This document shows, piece by piece, positions 25,757 to 38,700 of a stretch of 64,000 nt of DNA. Both the position numbers and the translations under genes were made by a program. This DNA is from Squalus acanthias (Eukaryota), in the NCBI GenBank assembly GCA_030390025.1, contig JASTWF010000361.1:310001-374000 (forward strand), in the 5' to 3' direction. The first letter of the stretch is position 1; each line of letters opens with the position of its first letter. The notes under the pieces were generated by a model that did not search any database, was not told the DNA's origin, and saw only the letters and a list, made by a program, of their open reading frames with translations.

Positions 25757-28700
25757 TAGTAATGCAGTGGTCTGGGCTAGTAATCCAGTGGCCTGGGCTA
25801 GTAATCCAGAGGCCTGGGCCAGTTATCCAGAGGCCTGGGCTAGTAATCCAGTGGCCTGGGCTAGTAATCCAGAGGCCTGGGCTAGTTATCCAGAGCTCTG
25901 GGCTAGTAATGTAGAGGTCTGGGCTGGTAATCCAGAGGCTGGGCTAGTAATCCAGAGACCTGGGCTAGTAATCCAGAGGACTGGGGTGGTAAAACAGAGG
26001 CTGGGCTAGTAATCCAGTGACTGGGTTGGTAATCCAGACATCTGGGATAGTAATCTAGAGGCTGGGTTAGTAATCCAGAGGCCTGGGCTAGTAATCAAGA
26101 GGCCTGGGCTAGTAATCCAGAGTCCTTGGCTGGTAATCCAGAAGCCTCGGCTAGTAATCCAGAGTTTGGCTAGTAATCCAGAGGGCTGGGCTAGTAATCC
26201 ACAGGCCTGGACTAGTAATCCAGAGGGCTGGGCTAGTAATCCACAGGCCTGGGCTGGTAATCCAGTGGCTGGGCTAGTAATCCAGAGGCCTGGGCTAGTA
26301 ATCCAGAGGTCTGGGCTGGTAATCCAGTGGCTGGGCTAGTAATCCAGAGGCCTGGGCTAGTAATCCAGAGGCCTGGGCTAGTAATCCAGAGGACTGGGCT
26401 AGTCATCCAGAGGCCTAGGCTAGTAATCCAGAAGTCTAGGATAGTAATCCAGAGGCTGAGATAGTAATCCAGAGGCTGGACTAGTAATACAGTGGTCTGG
26501 GCTAGTAAGTCATAGGCCTGGGCTAGTAATCCAGAGGCCTGGGCTAACAATACAGATGCCTGGACTAGTAATCCAGAAGCTGGGATAGTAATCCAGAGTC
26601 CTGGGCCAGTAATCCAGAGTCCTGGACTAGTAACCCAGAGGCTGGGCTAGTAATCCAGAGGTCTGGGCTAAAAATCCGGAGGCTGGGCTAGTAATCCAGA
26701 GGCCTGGGCTACTAATCCAGAGGCCTTGGCTAGTAATCCAGTGTCCTGGGCCAGTAATCCAGAGGCCTCGGCTAGTAATGCAGAGGTCTGGGCTCGTAAC
26801 CAGAGGCCTGGACTAGTATTCCAAAGGCCTGGGCTATTACTCCAGAGGCTGGGCTATTAATCCAGAGGCCTGGGCTAGTAATCCAGAGGTCTGGGCTAGT
26901 AATCCGGAGGCCTAGACTAGTAATCCACAAGCCTGGGCGAGTAAACAAGAATATTGTTCTAGTAATTTAGAATCCTGGGATAGTAAAACAGAGGCCTGGG
27001 CTAGAAATCCCGAAGTCTGGCCTAGTAATCCAGAGGTCTGGGCTAGTAATCCAGAGGCCTGGACTAGTAATCCACAGGCCTGGGCTAGTAATCCAGAGGC
27101 CTGGGCTAGTAATCCAGAGTCCTTGGCTGGTAATCCAGAAGCCTCGGCTAGTAATCCAGAGTTTGGCTAGTAATCCAGAGGGCTGGGCTAGTAATCCACA
27201 GGCCTGGACTAGTAATCCACAGGCCTGGGCGAGTAAACAAGAATACTGTTCTAGTAATTTAGAATCCTGGGATAGTAAAACAGAGGCCTGGGCTAGAAAT
27301 CCCGAAGTCTGGGCTAGTAATCCAGAAGTCTGGGCTAGTAATCCAAAGGCCTGGGCTAGTAATCCAGAGGTCTGGGCTCGTAATCCAGAGGTTTGGGCTG
27401 GTAATCCAGTGGCTGGGCTAGTAATCCAGAGGCCTGGGCTAGTAATCCAGAGGCCTGGGCTAGTCATCCAGAGGACTGGGCTAGTCATCCAGAGGCCTAG
27501 GCTAGTAATCCAGAAGTCTAGGATAGTAATCCAGAGGCTGAGATAGTAATCTAGAGGCTGGACTAGTAATACAGTGGTCTGGGCTAGTAAGTCATAGGCC
27601 TGGGCTAGTAATCCAGAGGCCTGGGCTAATAATACAGATGCCTGGACTAGTAATCCAGAAGCTGGGATAGTAATCCAGAGTCCTGGACTACTAATCCAGA
27701 AGCTGGACTAGTAATCCAGAGGCCTGGACCAGTAATCCAGAGTCCTGGACTAGTAACCCAGAGGCTGGGCTAGTAATCCAGAGGTCTGGGCTAAAAATCC
27801 GGAGGCTGGGCTAGTAATCCAGATGCCTGGGCTACTAATCCAGAGGCCTTGGCTAGTAATCCAGTGTCCTGGGCCAGTAATCCAGAGGCCTCGGCTAGTA
27901 ATCCAGAGGTCTGGGCTCGTAACCAGAGGCCTGGACTAGTATTCCAAAGGCCTGGGCTAATACTCCAGAGGCTGGGCTATTAATCCAGAGGCCTGGGCTA
28001 GTAATCCAGAGTTCTGGGCTAGTAATCCGGAGGCCTAGACTAGTAATCCACAAGCCTGGGCGAGTAAACAAGAATATTGTTCTAGTAATCCAGATGTCTG
28101 GGCTAGTAAAACAGAGGCCTGGGCTAGAAATCCAGAAGTCTAGGCTAGTAATCCAGAGGTTGAGCTAGTAATCCAGAGGTTGGCCTAGTAATACAGTGGT
28201 CTGGGCTAGTAATTCATAGGCCTGGGCTAATAATCCTGAGGCTGAGTTTATAATCCAACGGCTGAGCCAGTTATCCAGAGGCCTGGACTAGTAATCCAGA
28301 GGCTGGGCTAGTAATCCAGAGGCTGCGCTATTAATCCCGCATCCTGGCCTAGTAATCCAGAGGCCTGGGCTAGTAATCCAGAGGCTGGACTAGTAATCCA
28401 GAGGTCTGGTTTAGTAATCCAGAGGCCTGGACTAGTAATCCAGAGGCCAGTATTAGTAATCCAGAGGCCTGGGCTTGTAATCCAGAGGCCTGGGCTAGTA
28501 AACCAGAGGCCTGGACTAGTACACCAGACACCTGGGCTAATATTCCAGAGGCTGGGCTAGTAATCCAGAGGCCTGGCCTAGTTTCCAGAAGCCTGGCCTA
28601 GTAATCTAGAGGCCTAGACTAGTAATCTAATGGCCTGGACTAGTAATCCAGAGTCCTGGACTAGTAACCCAGAGGCTGGGCTAGTAATCCAGAGGTCTGG

Positions 28701-31700
28701 GCTAAAAATCCGGAGGCTGGGCTAGTAATCCAGAGGCCTGGGCTACTAATCCAGAGGCCTTGGCTAGTAATCCAGTGTCCTGGGCCAGTAATCCAGAGGC
28801 CTCGGCTAGTAATGCAGAGGTCTGGGCTCGTAACCAGAGGCCTGGACTAGTATTCCAAAGGCCTGGGCTATTACTCCAGAGGCTGGGCTATTAATCCAGA
28901 GGCCTGGGCTAGTAATCCAGAGGTCTGGGCTAGTAATCCGGAGGCCTAGACTAGTAATCCACAAGCCTGGGCGAGTAAACAAGAATATTGTTCCAGTAAT
29001 TTAGAATCCTGGGATAGTAAAACAGAGGCCTGGGCTAGAAATCCCGAAGTCTGGCCTAGTAATCCAGAGGTCTGGGCTAGTAATCCAGAGGCCTGGACTA
29101 GTAATCCACAGGCCTGGGCTAGTAATCCAGAGGCCTGGGCTAGTAATCCAGAGTCCTTGGCTGGTAATCCAGAAGCCTCGGCTAGTAATCCAGAGTTTGG
29201 CTAGTAATCCAGAGGGCTGGGCTAGTAATCCACAGGCCTGGACTAGTAATCCACAGGCCTGGGCAAGTAAACAAGAATACTGTTCTAGTAATTTAGAATC
29301 CTGGGATAGTAAAACAGAGGCCTGGGCTAGAAATCCCGAAGTCTGGGCTAGTAATCCAGAAGTCTGGGCTAGTAATCCAAAGGCCTGGGCTAGTAATCCA
29401 GAGGTCTGGGCTCGTAATCCAGAGGTTTGGGCTGGTAATCCAGTGGCTGGGCTAGTAATCCAGAGGCCTGGGCTAGTAATCCAGAGGCCTGGGCTAGTCA
29501 TCCAGAGGACTGGGCTAGTCATCCAGAGGCTGGGCTAGTAATGCAGAGGCTAGGCTAGTAATCCAGAGGCCTAGACTAGTAATCCAGAGGCTGGGCTAGT
29601 AATCCAGAGGCATGGACCAGTAATCCAGAGGCCGGGCTAATAATCCAGAGGCCTGGCTAGTAATCCAGAAACTGGACTAATAATCCAGAGGCCTGGGCCA
29701 GTAATCCAGAGTCCTGGACTAGTAACCCAGAGGCTGGGCTAGTAATCCAGAGGTCTGGGCTAAAAATCCGGAGGCTGGGCTAGTAATCCAGAGGCTGGGC
29801 TAGTAACCAGAGGCCTGGGCTAGTAAACTGGAGGCTGGACTAGTTATCCAGAGGCCTAGACTAGTAATCCAGAGGCTGGGCTAGTAATCCAGAGGCATGG
29901 ACCAGTAATCCAGAGGCCGGGCTAATAATCCAGAGGCCTGGCTAGTAATCCAGAAGCTGGACTAATAATCCAGAGGCCTGGGCCAGTAATCCAGAGTCCT
30001 GGACTAGTAACCCAGAGGCTGGGCTAGTAATCCAGAGGTCTGGGCTAAAAATCCGGAGGCTGGGCTAGTAATCCAGAGGCCTGGGCTACTATTCCAGAGG
30101 CCTTGGCTAGTAATCCAGTGTCCTGGGCCAGTAATCCAGAGGCCTCGGCTGGTAATCCAGAGGTCTGGGCTCGTAACCAGAGGCCTGGACTAGTATTCCA
30201 AAGGCCTGGGCTAATACTCCAGAGGCTGGGCTATTAATCCAGAGGCCTGGGCTAGTAATCCAGAGGTCTGGGCTAGTAATCCGGCGGCCTAGACTAGTAA
30301 TCCACAAGCCTGGGCGAGTAAACAAGAATATTGTTCTAGTAATTTAGAATCCTGGGATAGTAAAACAGAGGCCTGGGCTAGAAATCCCGAAGTCTGGCCT
30401 AGTAATCCAGAGGTCTGGGCTAGTAATCCAGAGGCCTGGACTAGTAATCCACAGGCCTGAGCTAGTAATCCAGAGGCCTGGGCTAGTAATCCAGAGTCCT
30501 TGGCTGGTAATCCAGAAGCCTCGGCTAGTAATCCAGAGTTTGGCTAGTAATCCAGAGGGCTGGGCTAGTAATCCACAGGCCTGGACTAGTAATCCACAGG
30601 CCTGGGCGAGTAAACAAGAATACTGTTCTAGTAATTTAGAATCCTGGGATAGTAAAACAGAGGCCTGGGCTAGAAATCCCGAAGTCTGGGCTAGTAATCC
30701 AGAAGTCTGGGCTTGTAATCCAGAGGCCTGGGCTAGTAATCCAGAGGTCTGGGCTCGTAATCCAGAGGTCTGGGCTGGTAATCCAGTGGCTGGGCTAGTA
30801 ATCCAGAGGCCTGGGCTAGTAATCCAGAGGCCTGGGCTAGTCATCCAGAGGACTGGGCTAGTCATCCAGAGGCCTAGGCTAGTAATCCAGAAGTCTAGGA
30901 TAGTAATCCAGAGGCTGAGATAGTAATCCAGAGGCTGGACTAGTAATACAGTGGTCTGGGCTAGTAAGTCATAGGCCTGGGCTAGTAATCCAGAGGCCTG
31001 GGCTAATAATACAGATGCCTGGACTAGTAATCCAGAAGCTGGGATAGTAATCCAGAGTCCTGGACTACAAATCCAGAAACTGGACTAGTAATCCAGAGGC
31101 CTGGACCAGTAATCCAGAGTCCTGGACTAGTAACCCAGAGGCTGGGCTAGTAATCCAGAGGTCTGGGCTAAAAATCCGGAGGCTGGGCTAGTAATCCAGA
31201 GGCCTGGGCTACTAATCCAGAGGCCTTGGCTCGTAATCCAGTGTCCTGGGCCAGTAATCCAGAGGCCTCGGCTAGTAATCCAGAGGTCTGGGCTCGTAAC
31301 CAGAGGCCTGGACTAGTATTCCAACGGCCTGGGCTAATACTCCAGAGGCTGGGCTATTAATCCAGAGGCCTGGGCTAGTAATCCAGAGGTCTGGGCTAGT
31401 AATCCGGAGGCCTAGACTAGTAATCCACAAGCCTGGGCGAGTACACAAGAATATTGTTCTCGTAATTTAGAATCCTGGGCTAGTAAAACAGAGGCCTGGG
31501 CTAGAAATCCAGAAGTCTAGGCTAGTAATCCAGAGGTTGAGCTAGTAATCCTAGTTGGCCTAGTAATACAGTGGTCTGGGCTAGTAATTCATAGCCCTGG
31601 GCTATTAATCCTGAGGCTGGGTTTATAATCCAACGGCTGAGCCAGTTATCCAGAGGCCTGGGCTAGTAATCCAGAGGCTGGACTAGTAATCCAGAGGTCT

Positions 31701-34700
31701 GGTTTCGTAATCCAGAGGCCTGGACTAGTAATCTAGAGGCCAGTATTAGTAATCCAGAGGCCTGGGCTTGTAATCCAGAGGCCTGGGCTAGTAAACCAGA
31801 GGCCTGGACTAGTACACCAGACGCCTGGGCTAATATTCCAGAGGCTGGGCTAGTAATCCAGAGGCCTGGCCTAGTTTCCAGAAGCCTGGCCTAGTAATCT
31901 AGAGGCCTAGACTAGTAATCTAATCCAGCCTGGACTAGTAATCCAGAGGCTGGGCTAGTAATCCAGAGTCCTGGGCTAGTAATCCAGAGGCCTGGGCTAG
32001 TAATCCAGAGGCTGGGCTAGTAATACAGAGGCTGGACTATTAATCCAGGGGCCTGGGCTAGTAATCCAGAGGCTGGACTAGTAATCCAGAGGCTGGGCTA
32101 GTAATCCAGAGGCTGGGCTAGTAACCAGAGGCCTGGGCTAGTAAACTGGAGGCTGGACTAGTTATCCAGAGACTGGGCTAGTAATGCAGAGGCTAGGCTA
32201 GTAAACCAGAGGCCTAGACTAGTAATCCAGAGGCTGGGCTAGTAATCCAGAGGCATGGACCAGTAATCCAGAGGCCGGGCTAATAATCCAGAGGCCTGGC
32301 TAGTAATCCAGAGGGCTGGACTAGTAATCCAGAGGCTGGTCTTGTAATCCAGAGTTTGGGCTAGTAATCCAGATGCTGGGTTGGTAATTCAGATGTCTGG
32401 GCTAGTAATCCAGAGGCTGGGCTAGTAATCCAGTGGCTGGGCTAGTAATCCAGAGTCTAGGCTAGAAATCTAGAGGCCTGGGTTTGTAATCCACTGGACT
32501 AGTAATCCAGAGGCCTGGGCTAGTAATTCAGAGGCTCGGCTAGTAATCCAGAGGTCTGGGCTAGTAATCCAGAGGCCTGGGCTAGTATTCCAGAGGCTGA
32601 GCTCGTAATCCAGAAGCCTGGGCTGGTAATCCTGAGGCTGAGCTAGTAATCCAGATGCCTGGACTAGTAATCCAGTGGCCTGGGCTTGTAATCCAGAGGT
32701 TGAGCTAGTAATCCAGAGGCCTGGGCGAGTATTCCCGAGGCTGGACTACTAATCCAGAGGCTGTGTTATTAATCTAGAGGCCTCACTAGTAATCCACAAA
32801 CCTGGACTAGTAATCTAGAGACCTTGACTAGTAATCCAGAGGCCTGGACTAGTGATCCAGAAACCTGGACTAGTAATCCAGAGGCCTGGTCTAGTAAACC
32901 AGAGGCTGGGCGAGTAATCCAAAGGCTGGACTAGTAATCCAGAGGCCTGGGCTAGTAATCCAGAGACCTGGTCTAGTAATCCAGAGTCTGGACTAGTAAT
33001 CCAGTGGCCTGGGCTAGTACTCTAGAGGCCTGGGCTGGTAAACCAGAGGCTGGACTACTAATCCAGTGGCTAGACTAGTAATCAAGAGGCCTGGGCTAGT
33101 AATCCAGAGGCCTGGGCTAGTAATCCAGAGGCTGTGGTAGTAATCTAGAGGTTGAACTAGTAATCCAGAGGCTGGACTAATAATCCAGAGACCTGGGCTA
33201 GTAATCCAGAGGCCTGGGCTAGTAATCGAGAGGCTGGGCTAGTAATCCAGTGGCCTGGGCTCGTAATCCAGAGGTCTGGGCTAGTAATCTAAAGGCCTGG
33301 GCTAGTAATCCCGAGGCCTGGGCTAGTAATCGAGAGGCTGGACTAGTAATCCAGAGGCTGGGCTAGTAATCCAGAGGCCTGGGCTAGTAATCCCGAGGCC
33401 TGGGCTAGTAATCTAGAGGCCTGGGCTACTAATCCAGAGGCCTGGGCTAGTAATCCAGAGGCCTGGGCTAGTAATCCAGAGGCTGTTCCAGTAATCCAGG
33501 ATCTGGGCTAGTAATCCAGAGGCCTGAACTAGTAATCCAGAGGCTGGGCTAGTAATCCAGAGGCCTGGGCTAGTAATCCAGAGACTGGGCTTGTAATCCA
33601 GAGGCTGGGCTAGTAATCCAGAGGCCTGGAATAGTAATCCAGAGGCCTGGGCTAGTAAATAAGAATTTTGTTCGAGTAATTCAGAATCCTGGGCTAGCAA
33701 AACAGAGGCTGGGCTAGTAATCCAGAGGCCTGGGCTAGTAATCCAGAAGTCTGGGTTAGTACTCCAGAGGCCTGGGCTAGTAATCCAGAGGTCTGGGCTA
33801 GTAATCCAGAGGTCTGGACTAGTAATCCAGAGGCTGGGCTAGTAATTCAGAGGCCTGTGCTAGTAATCCAGAGGCCTGGGCTAGTAATCCAGAAGTCTGG
33901 GCTAGTAATCCAGAGGCCTGGGCTAGTAATCCAGAGGCTGAGCTAGTAATCCAGAGGCCTGTGCTGGTAATCCTGAGGCTGGGCTAGTAATCCAGAGGCC
34001 TGGACTAGTAATCCAGAGGCCTGGGCTTGTAATCCAGAGGTTGAGCTAGTAATCCAGAGGCCTGGGTGAGTATTCCAGAGGCTGGTTTAGTAATCCAGAG
34101 GCTGTGTTAGTAATCTAGAGGCTGGACTAGTAATCCAGAAACCTGGACTAGTAATCTAGTGACCTAGGCTGGTAATCCAGAGGCTGGATAGTAATCCAGA
34201 GGCCTGGACTAGTAATCCAGCAACCTGGACTAGTAATCCAGAGGCCTGGTCTATTAAACCAGAGGCTGTGCTAGTAATCCAGAGGCTGGACTAGTAATCC
34301 AGAGGCCTGGGCTAGTAATCCAGAAACCTGGTCTAGTAATCCAGAGGTTGGACTAGTAATCCAGTGGCTGGACTAGTAATCCAGTGGCCTGGGCTAGTAA
34401 TCCAGAGGCCTCGGCTAGTAATCCAGAGGCCTGGACTAGTAATCCAGAGGCTGTGTTAGTAATCTAGAGGCTGGAGTAGTAATCCAGAAACTGGACTAAT
34501 AATCCAGTGGCCTGGGCTCGTAATCCAGAGGCCTGGGCTAGTAATCGAGAGGCTGGACTAGTAATCCAGTGGCCTGGGCTCGTAATCCATTGACTGGACT
34601 AGTAATTCACAGGCCTAGGCTAGTAATCCAGAGGCCTGGGCTAGTAATCAAGAAGTCTGGGCTAGTAATCCAGAGGCCTGGGCTGGTAATCCTGAGGCTG

Positions 34701-35481
34701 GACTAGTAATCCAGTGGCCTGGGTGAGTATTCCAGAGGCTGGCCTCGTAATCCAGAGGCTGTTTTAGTAATTTAGAGGCTGGACTTGTAATCCAGAAACC
34801 TGGACTAGTAATCTAGTGACCTAGGCTGGTAATCCAGAGGCTGGATAGTAATCCAGAGGCCTGGACTAGTAATCCAGAAACCTGGACTAGTAATCCAGAG
34901 GCCTGGTCTAGTAAACCAGAGGCTGGGCTAGTAATCCAGAGGCTGGACTAGTAATCCAGAGGCCTGGGCTAGTAATCCAGAGGCCTGGTCTAGTAATCCA
35001 GAGGTTGGACTAGTAATCCAGTGGCTGAACTAGTAATCCAGTGGCCTGGGCTAGTAATCCAGAGGCCTGGGCTAGTAATCCAGAGGCCTGGACTAGTAAT
35101 CCAGAGGCTGTGTTAGTAATCTAGAGGCTGGACTAGTAATCCAGAGGCTAGACTAATAATCCAGTGGCCTGGGCTCATAATCCAGAGGCCTGGGCTAGTA
35201 ATCGAGAGGCTGGACTAGTAATCCAGTGGCCTGGGCTCGTAATCCAGAGACTGGGCAAGTAATCCAATGGCTGGGCTAGTAACCAAAGTCTGGGCTAATA
35301 ATCCAGAGGCTGGGCTCGTAATCCAGAGTCCTGGATTAGTAATTCAGAGGCCTGGGCTAGTAATCCAGAGTTCTGGGCTAGTAATCCAGAGGCTGGGCTA
35401 GTAATCCAGAGGCCTGCGCTAGTAATCCAGAGGCCTGGGCTAGTAATCCAGAGGCCTGGGCTAGTAATCTAGAGGCCTGGG

Positions 35482-35675
35482 TGTGGTAACACAATACAGT
35501 TTCCTGTGACTCGAACTTTATTGCATCACTTCCTGTGATTAGTCCAGGATAAATACTGGACTGATCAGTTGGATCCTGGAGAGGCATAGAGTAAGACCTC
35601 TTTTGTATGTAGCACCTTTTTAGTTGATTAAAGCTTACTTTAAGTTCACCACGCGTAAGGCTCATTCTTACGACA
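35482..35675 (+). repeat. 5' LTR
   Basis: TGTGGTAAC...CTTACGACA, direct repeat of 39729-39922. Contains GATAAATA and ATTAAA. Confidence 0.95.
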
Positions 35676-35676
35676 A

Positions 35677-35687
35677 TTTAATCAACT
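35677..35687 (+). promoter_or_regulatory. Sequence at the PBS position that is self-complementary to the LTR
   Basis: TTTAATCAACT is the exact reverse complement of AGTTGATTAAA at 35622-35632. No TGG-type tRNA PBS follows the LTR. Confidence 0.65.
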
Positions 35688-35753
35688 TTGGAAAACTTCG
35701 CACTCAAACTTTTTGGACGAACTCGGAACTAAGGATCCAGGGAATCACCCATC

Positions 35754-38700
35754 ATGGAAAACATCCTTAAACCATCGCGTCTTGACTTGGACCCAAACAC
35801 CCCAGCAGCCGGTAAGGTGTGGAAACACTGGTATCGCACGTTTGACAATTTTTTGGAATATTGCAAGGCTGATGATGACTCAAAGTTGCGGATACTCATC
35901 AACTGTGTCACCCCGAATGTATTTCAGTATGTGGAGGAATGGGGCAGTTACGAGGAGGCAATTCGGACGCTTAAGAGACTATATACTAAGACACCGAATG
36001 AGGTCTATGCCAGACATCTACTAGCTACAGCCCAACAAGGGCCGGAGGAATCCATTGATAAATTCCTCCAAGAGCTTCGCAGACTTAGTATGGACTGTAA
36101 CTTTCAGGCGGCCTCAGCTGAGCTGTACCGTGAAGAAATGATCCGTGATGCTTTCATCTGCGGGCTTGCCTCCCCATTTATACGCCAGCGTCTACTGGAA
36201 AGTAAGACACTTGAGCTTCAGAGAGCTTATGACATGGCTTGCTCTCTAGATCTGGCAAAAAGAAATGCAGACCTTTATACAGTGCCCAGACCTCGGTCTA
36301 CTGCCTTAACTACAGTCAGGCAATTTAAGAGGCCACAGGTGAACTCTATTAGGGAGGTCTTTATCCCTGACGATCAATCTGATGACTTCACTGATGAAGA
36401 GGATGATGACCCCACTGTGGCAGCCTCTTGGCAATCTAAGAAATGCTTCTTTTGTGGTGATGAGTTTCACCCTCGGAAATTCTGCCCTGCTCGCAATGCG
36501 TTTTGCAGTCATTGCAACAAAAAGGGTCATTTTGCAAAGGTTTGCCTATCAAGAGCCTCTACGAGGGCTTATCAAGCTAAGTCCTACCGAACTGCCCCGG
36601 TAAGGGCCTATCAAGATGTTCCGTCTAAAATCTATCGTGCTTCCTCTCGGGTTTTCTCTCGAAGAAACACACCTAGAGTTTCAGCCACTCTTTGTGCAAC
36701 GACACCAATTACAGCTGCTTGTCCTCAGAACCTATTCCATGCAGCTACAAAAGCATCAATTAATGAACATACTTTAGATGCCTTAATTGACTCAGGTAGC
36801 ACTGATAGTTTCATTAGGGAACAGATTGTTGCAGAGTTAAAGCTACATGTTTTCCCATCGGACCAGGCAATTGCGATGGCTCAGTCATCACTTAATACCA
36901 GAATTTCTGGCTTTTGTATGGTTGAAATAACACTTCATGGTCACAGGTATCCCTCCACCCGGCTTTCGGTGCTCAAGGATTTATGTAGTGATCTTATCTT
37001 AGGGCTGGATTTTCAAAAGCAGCATAAGAAGCTCACCATTGAGTTCGGCGGATCCAAACCTGAACTCACTATTTCTAATATACGACCTCGATTACCGTTC
37101 TGTGCATTGTCAGCAGCTTCACTGGATGAACCCTCACTGTTTACCAGTATCCCTCCTCGATGCAAACCGATTATAACAAAGTCACGACGTTTCAGTCAGG
37201 AAGACCAGTCTTTTATTGTGGCTGAGATTTCTCGGCTTTTAGCAGAGGATATCATCGAGCCTTGTTCGTCGCCATGGCGCGCCCAGGTCGTTATTGTTAA
37301 GAACCCTCTACAACCTCACAAGAAACGGCTGTGCATTGACTATTCACAGACCATCAATCAATATACGGACTTGGACGCATACCCATTGCCGCGCATCGAT
37401 GATATGGTTAATAAACTGGCTGAGTACACGGTGTTCTCAACATATGATCTGAAAAGTGCCTATCATCAGGTACCCTTGAAGGTCTCAGACAAGCAGTATA
37501 CGGCCTTTGAAGCCAATGGACGGCTGTATCAATTTCGTCGCCTCTCCTTTGGGGTCACTAATGGAGTGGCTGTCTTCCAGCGAGCAATGGATGACCTGGT
37601 CAAACAGGAAGACTTGAAGGATACGTTTCCTTATCTGGACAATATTACTGTCGCAGGTCGCAATCAGCGGGAACATGACGCCAATCTCCAACGATTTTGG
37701 GATGCACTCCAGCACCGTAATTTGACATTAAATGCGGCTAAATCCATTGAGTCACAACCAACCATCAACATCCTTGGCTATTGTGTGGGCAATGGCATCA
37801 TTAAACCTGACCCTGAAAGGCTTCGCCCACTCCAAGAACTCCCGCCACCTAAGAATCCGGCCTCCTTGCGCCGGGCCCTCGGCCTGTTTGCATACTATGC
37901 TAAATGGATTCCTAACTTCTCGGACCGAATCCAACATCTACTGAAGGCCAGCACATTCCCACTAGACACAGCGGCTGTTGCAGCCTTTAACCTCCTGAAA
38001 AAACAGTTGGAGAAAGCGGCTCTTCACTCCATCGATGAGAGTCTTCCTTTTGTCGTTGAGTGTGATGCCTCGGAGGTGGCGATCTCGGCCACTCTGAATC
38101 AGGAAGGTCGTCCGGTGGCATTTTTGTCCAGGACTTTTCAAGGGGCTGAGCTACATTATCCTCCAGTCGAGAAAGAAGCTACAGCCATCATAGAGGCAGT
38201 ACGGAAGTGGACTCATCTCCTAGCTCGCCAGCACTTTACCTTAATCACGGACCAGCGATCGGTCGCCTTCATGCTCGATAATCGAAAACGGACCAAAATT
38301 AAAAATAATAAAATCCAGCTTTGGCGGCTGGAATTGGCCTCTTTTGGTTACACCATCCACTATCGACCTGGCAAGGAGAATGTGGCTCCGGATACCCTCA
38401 CACGAGCATTCTGCTCCGCCATGGCACCCTCTACGCTCGTAGACATCCATGATGGGTTGTGTCATCCGGGCGTTACTCGCATGCTACACTTCGTGCGGTC
38501 CCGAAATCTCCCATTCTCTACCGGGGATGTAAAGAAGATGTGCTCGGACTGCAGAGTCTGTGCGGAATTGAAACCTCAGTTTTTCCGCCCCTCGGGTGGT
38601 ATACTCATACATGCGACCCAGCCAATGCAACGGCTTAGCATCGATTTTAAGGGGCCGTTGCCCTCTTCAACTCGCAACACTTATCTGTTGACCATGGTCG

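Noticed and set aside
1212..33700. Many repetitive ORFs (WASNPEA, GLVIQRP, LWITSPG, GLLAQAS) resembling repeat proteins
   Set aside because: They are translations of runs of 21-bp monomers on both strands, broken wherever a 20-bp monomer shifts the frame into TAG TAA. There is no gene structure.
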